A stretch of 52,086 nucleotides of DNA from the NCBI GenBank assembly GCA_001938485.1, contig MQRK01237347.1, positions 1 through 52,086 on the forward strand, written 5' to 3'. How positions within the stretch are numbered: the first letter of the stretch is position 1; each line of letters starts with the position of its first letter. The notes beneath the pieces are model-generated. The model was not told the origin of the DNA, did not search any database, and worked only from the letters and a program-made list of their open reading frames with translations. Position numbers and translations under genes: made by a program. This DNA is from Girardia tigrina (lineage: Eukaryota). Shown piece after piece: positions 51,294-52,086 of the stretch.

Positions 51294-51330
51294 TCAAAAC
51301 TAGTTTCGCCATATTGGCATCTTCAGTTGA
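51294..51330 (-). ncRNA. Minimal type I hammerhead ribozyme, intact core
   Basis: TCAA-CTGAAGA-T-GCCAATATGGC-GAAAC-TA-GT-T-TTGA: stem I TCAA/TTGA, stem II GCCA/TGGC, palindromic stem III ACTAGT, GUU cleavage triplet. Confidence 0.88.
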
Positions 51331-52012
51331 CTGATTGTAATTTCAGATTATGGTCCTTTTATATGGCGGTAGACTGTTGCGCAATAATACTCAATTTAAG
51401 TCTTTTTTTTATTTATTTCAATTTAAAAATTAACAAGAATAAAAAAAAATTCTAAAACATCAATGATAGAAATTTAAAAATTCAAGAAAAAAAAGAAAAA
51501 ACAGCTAAATCATTTTATTGTTATTATTAATTTAAAAGAAAAACGAAAGACAAAAAAACTAAGAATTAAAATATTTGAATATAATTTGAGTAATTAACAA
51601 TACTTCTAGGATATTATCCTCTCCTTATAATTATCGATATTTTTACATAAAACTTTAAATTCCCTATCACTCTCCATATTTTCTTGATCCCTACAATTCA
51701 ATTGAATTATATTGAATATGAACATATATATGAGAATGGAACTGTTTCGACTCGATTGAGTATGTTCAGCAATTCTAGTTCGAAGATGACGGTTTGTCTC
51801 TCCAATGTACAAGGCTTCGCACTTGTGACATTTAAACTGATATACTAGATTTGCCTCCACACTCAATGGAGTTTTTAGTTTATTAGAAAAGTAACTTGTT
51901 AATTTATCCCTGTTAATTTTTAAAATGTAAATGAAAAAAGCCTTAAAATTGAGTATTATTGCGTAACAGTCTACCGCCATATAAAATGACTTAAATCTGA
52001 AATTACAATCAG

Positions 52013-52049
52013 TCAACTGAAGATACCAATATGACGAAACTATTTTTAA
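52013..52049 (+). ncRNA. Hammerhead ribozyme copy, mutated in all three stems
   Basis: TCAA-CTGAAGA-T-ACCAATATGAC-GAAAC-TA-TT-T-TTAA; four substitutions relative to the 51294-51330 copy. Confidence 0.75.
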
Positions 52050-52086
52050 ATAAATATTTCGAAAAACGACTTTTTATATATATATA

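Larger units (their letters stand above)
51240..52075 (-). mobile_element. 5'-truncated Penelope-like element: GIY-YIG remnant between inverted ~180-bp terminal repeats
   Basis: LVYQFKCHKCEALYIGETNRHLRTRIAEH; ~51265-51440 is an imperfect reverse complement of ~51900-52075; (TA)n on both sides. Confidence 0.92.

Overview
Very AT-rich eukaryotic (animal) genomic DNA. A planarian/flatworm-like host is inferred from the AT content, a 53-bp intron, the TE spectrum and TTAGGG repeats; this is not proven. The whole window lies inside one + strand multi-exon dystrobrevin gene. Seven phase-compatible coding exons (700-811, 865-1034, 4475-4749, 20653-20838, 39431-39671, 45189-45298, 49032-49233) encode the end of the EF-hand region, the ZZ zinc finger, the syntrophin-binding DDEHRLIARYA motif and the coiled coils; both ends of the gene are outside the window. 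The introns (up to ~18.6 kb) are filled with transposons: a near-complete mariner, several Tc1/rosa/pogo relics and MITEs, two hAT elements with 8-bp TSDs, a piggyBac MITE, a Ginger-like long-TIR element, an RT-deleted Ty3/Gypsy provirus, RTE-type LINE ends, a tRNA-headed SINE and several Penelope-like element (PLE) ends. Most notable: (1) minimal hammerhead ribozymes in PLE termini, intact on the antisense strand but core-mutated in every copy found on the host gene's sense strand; (2) a TTTAAAC slippery site plus H-type pseudoknot after the Gypsy protease; (3) a frameshifted cullin-2 N-terminal fragment inside an intron; (4) a tRNA-Lys(CTT) pseudogene apparently inside a DNA transposon. Four N-gaps limit interpretation. 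All family calls are by eye from motifs; no database searches were run.
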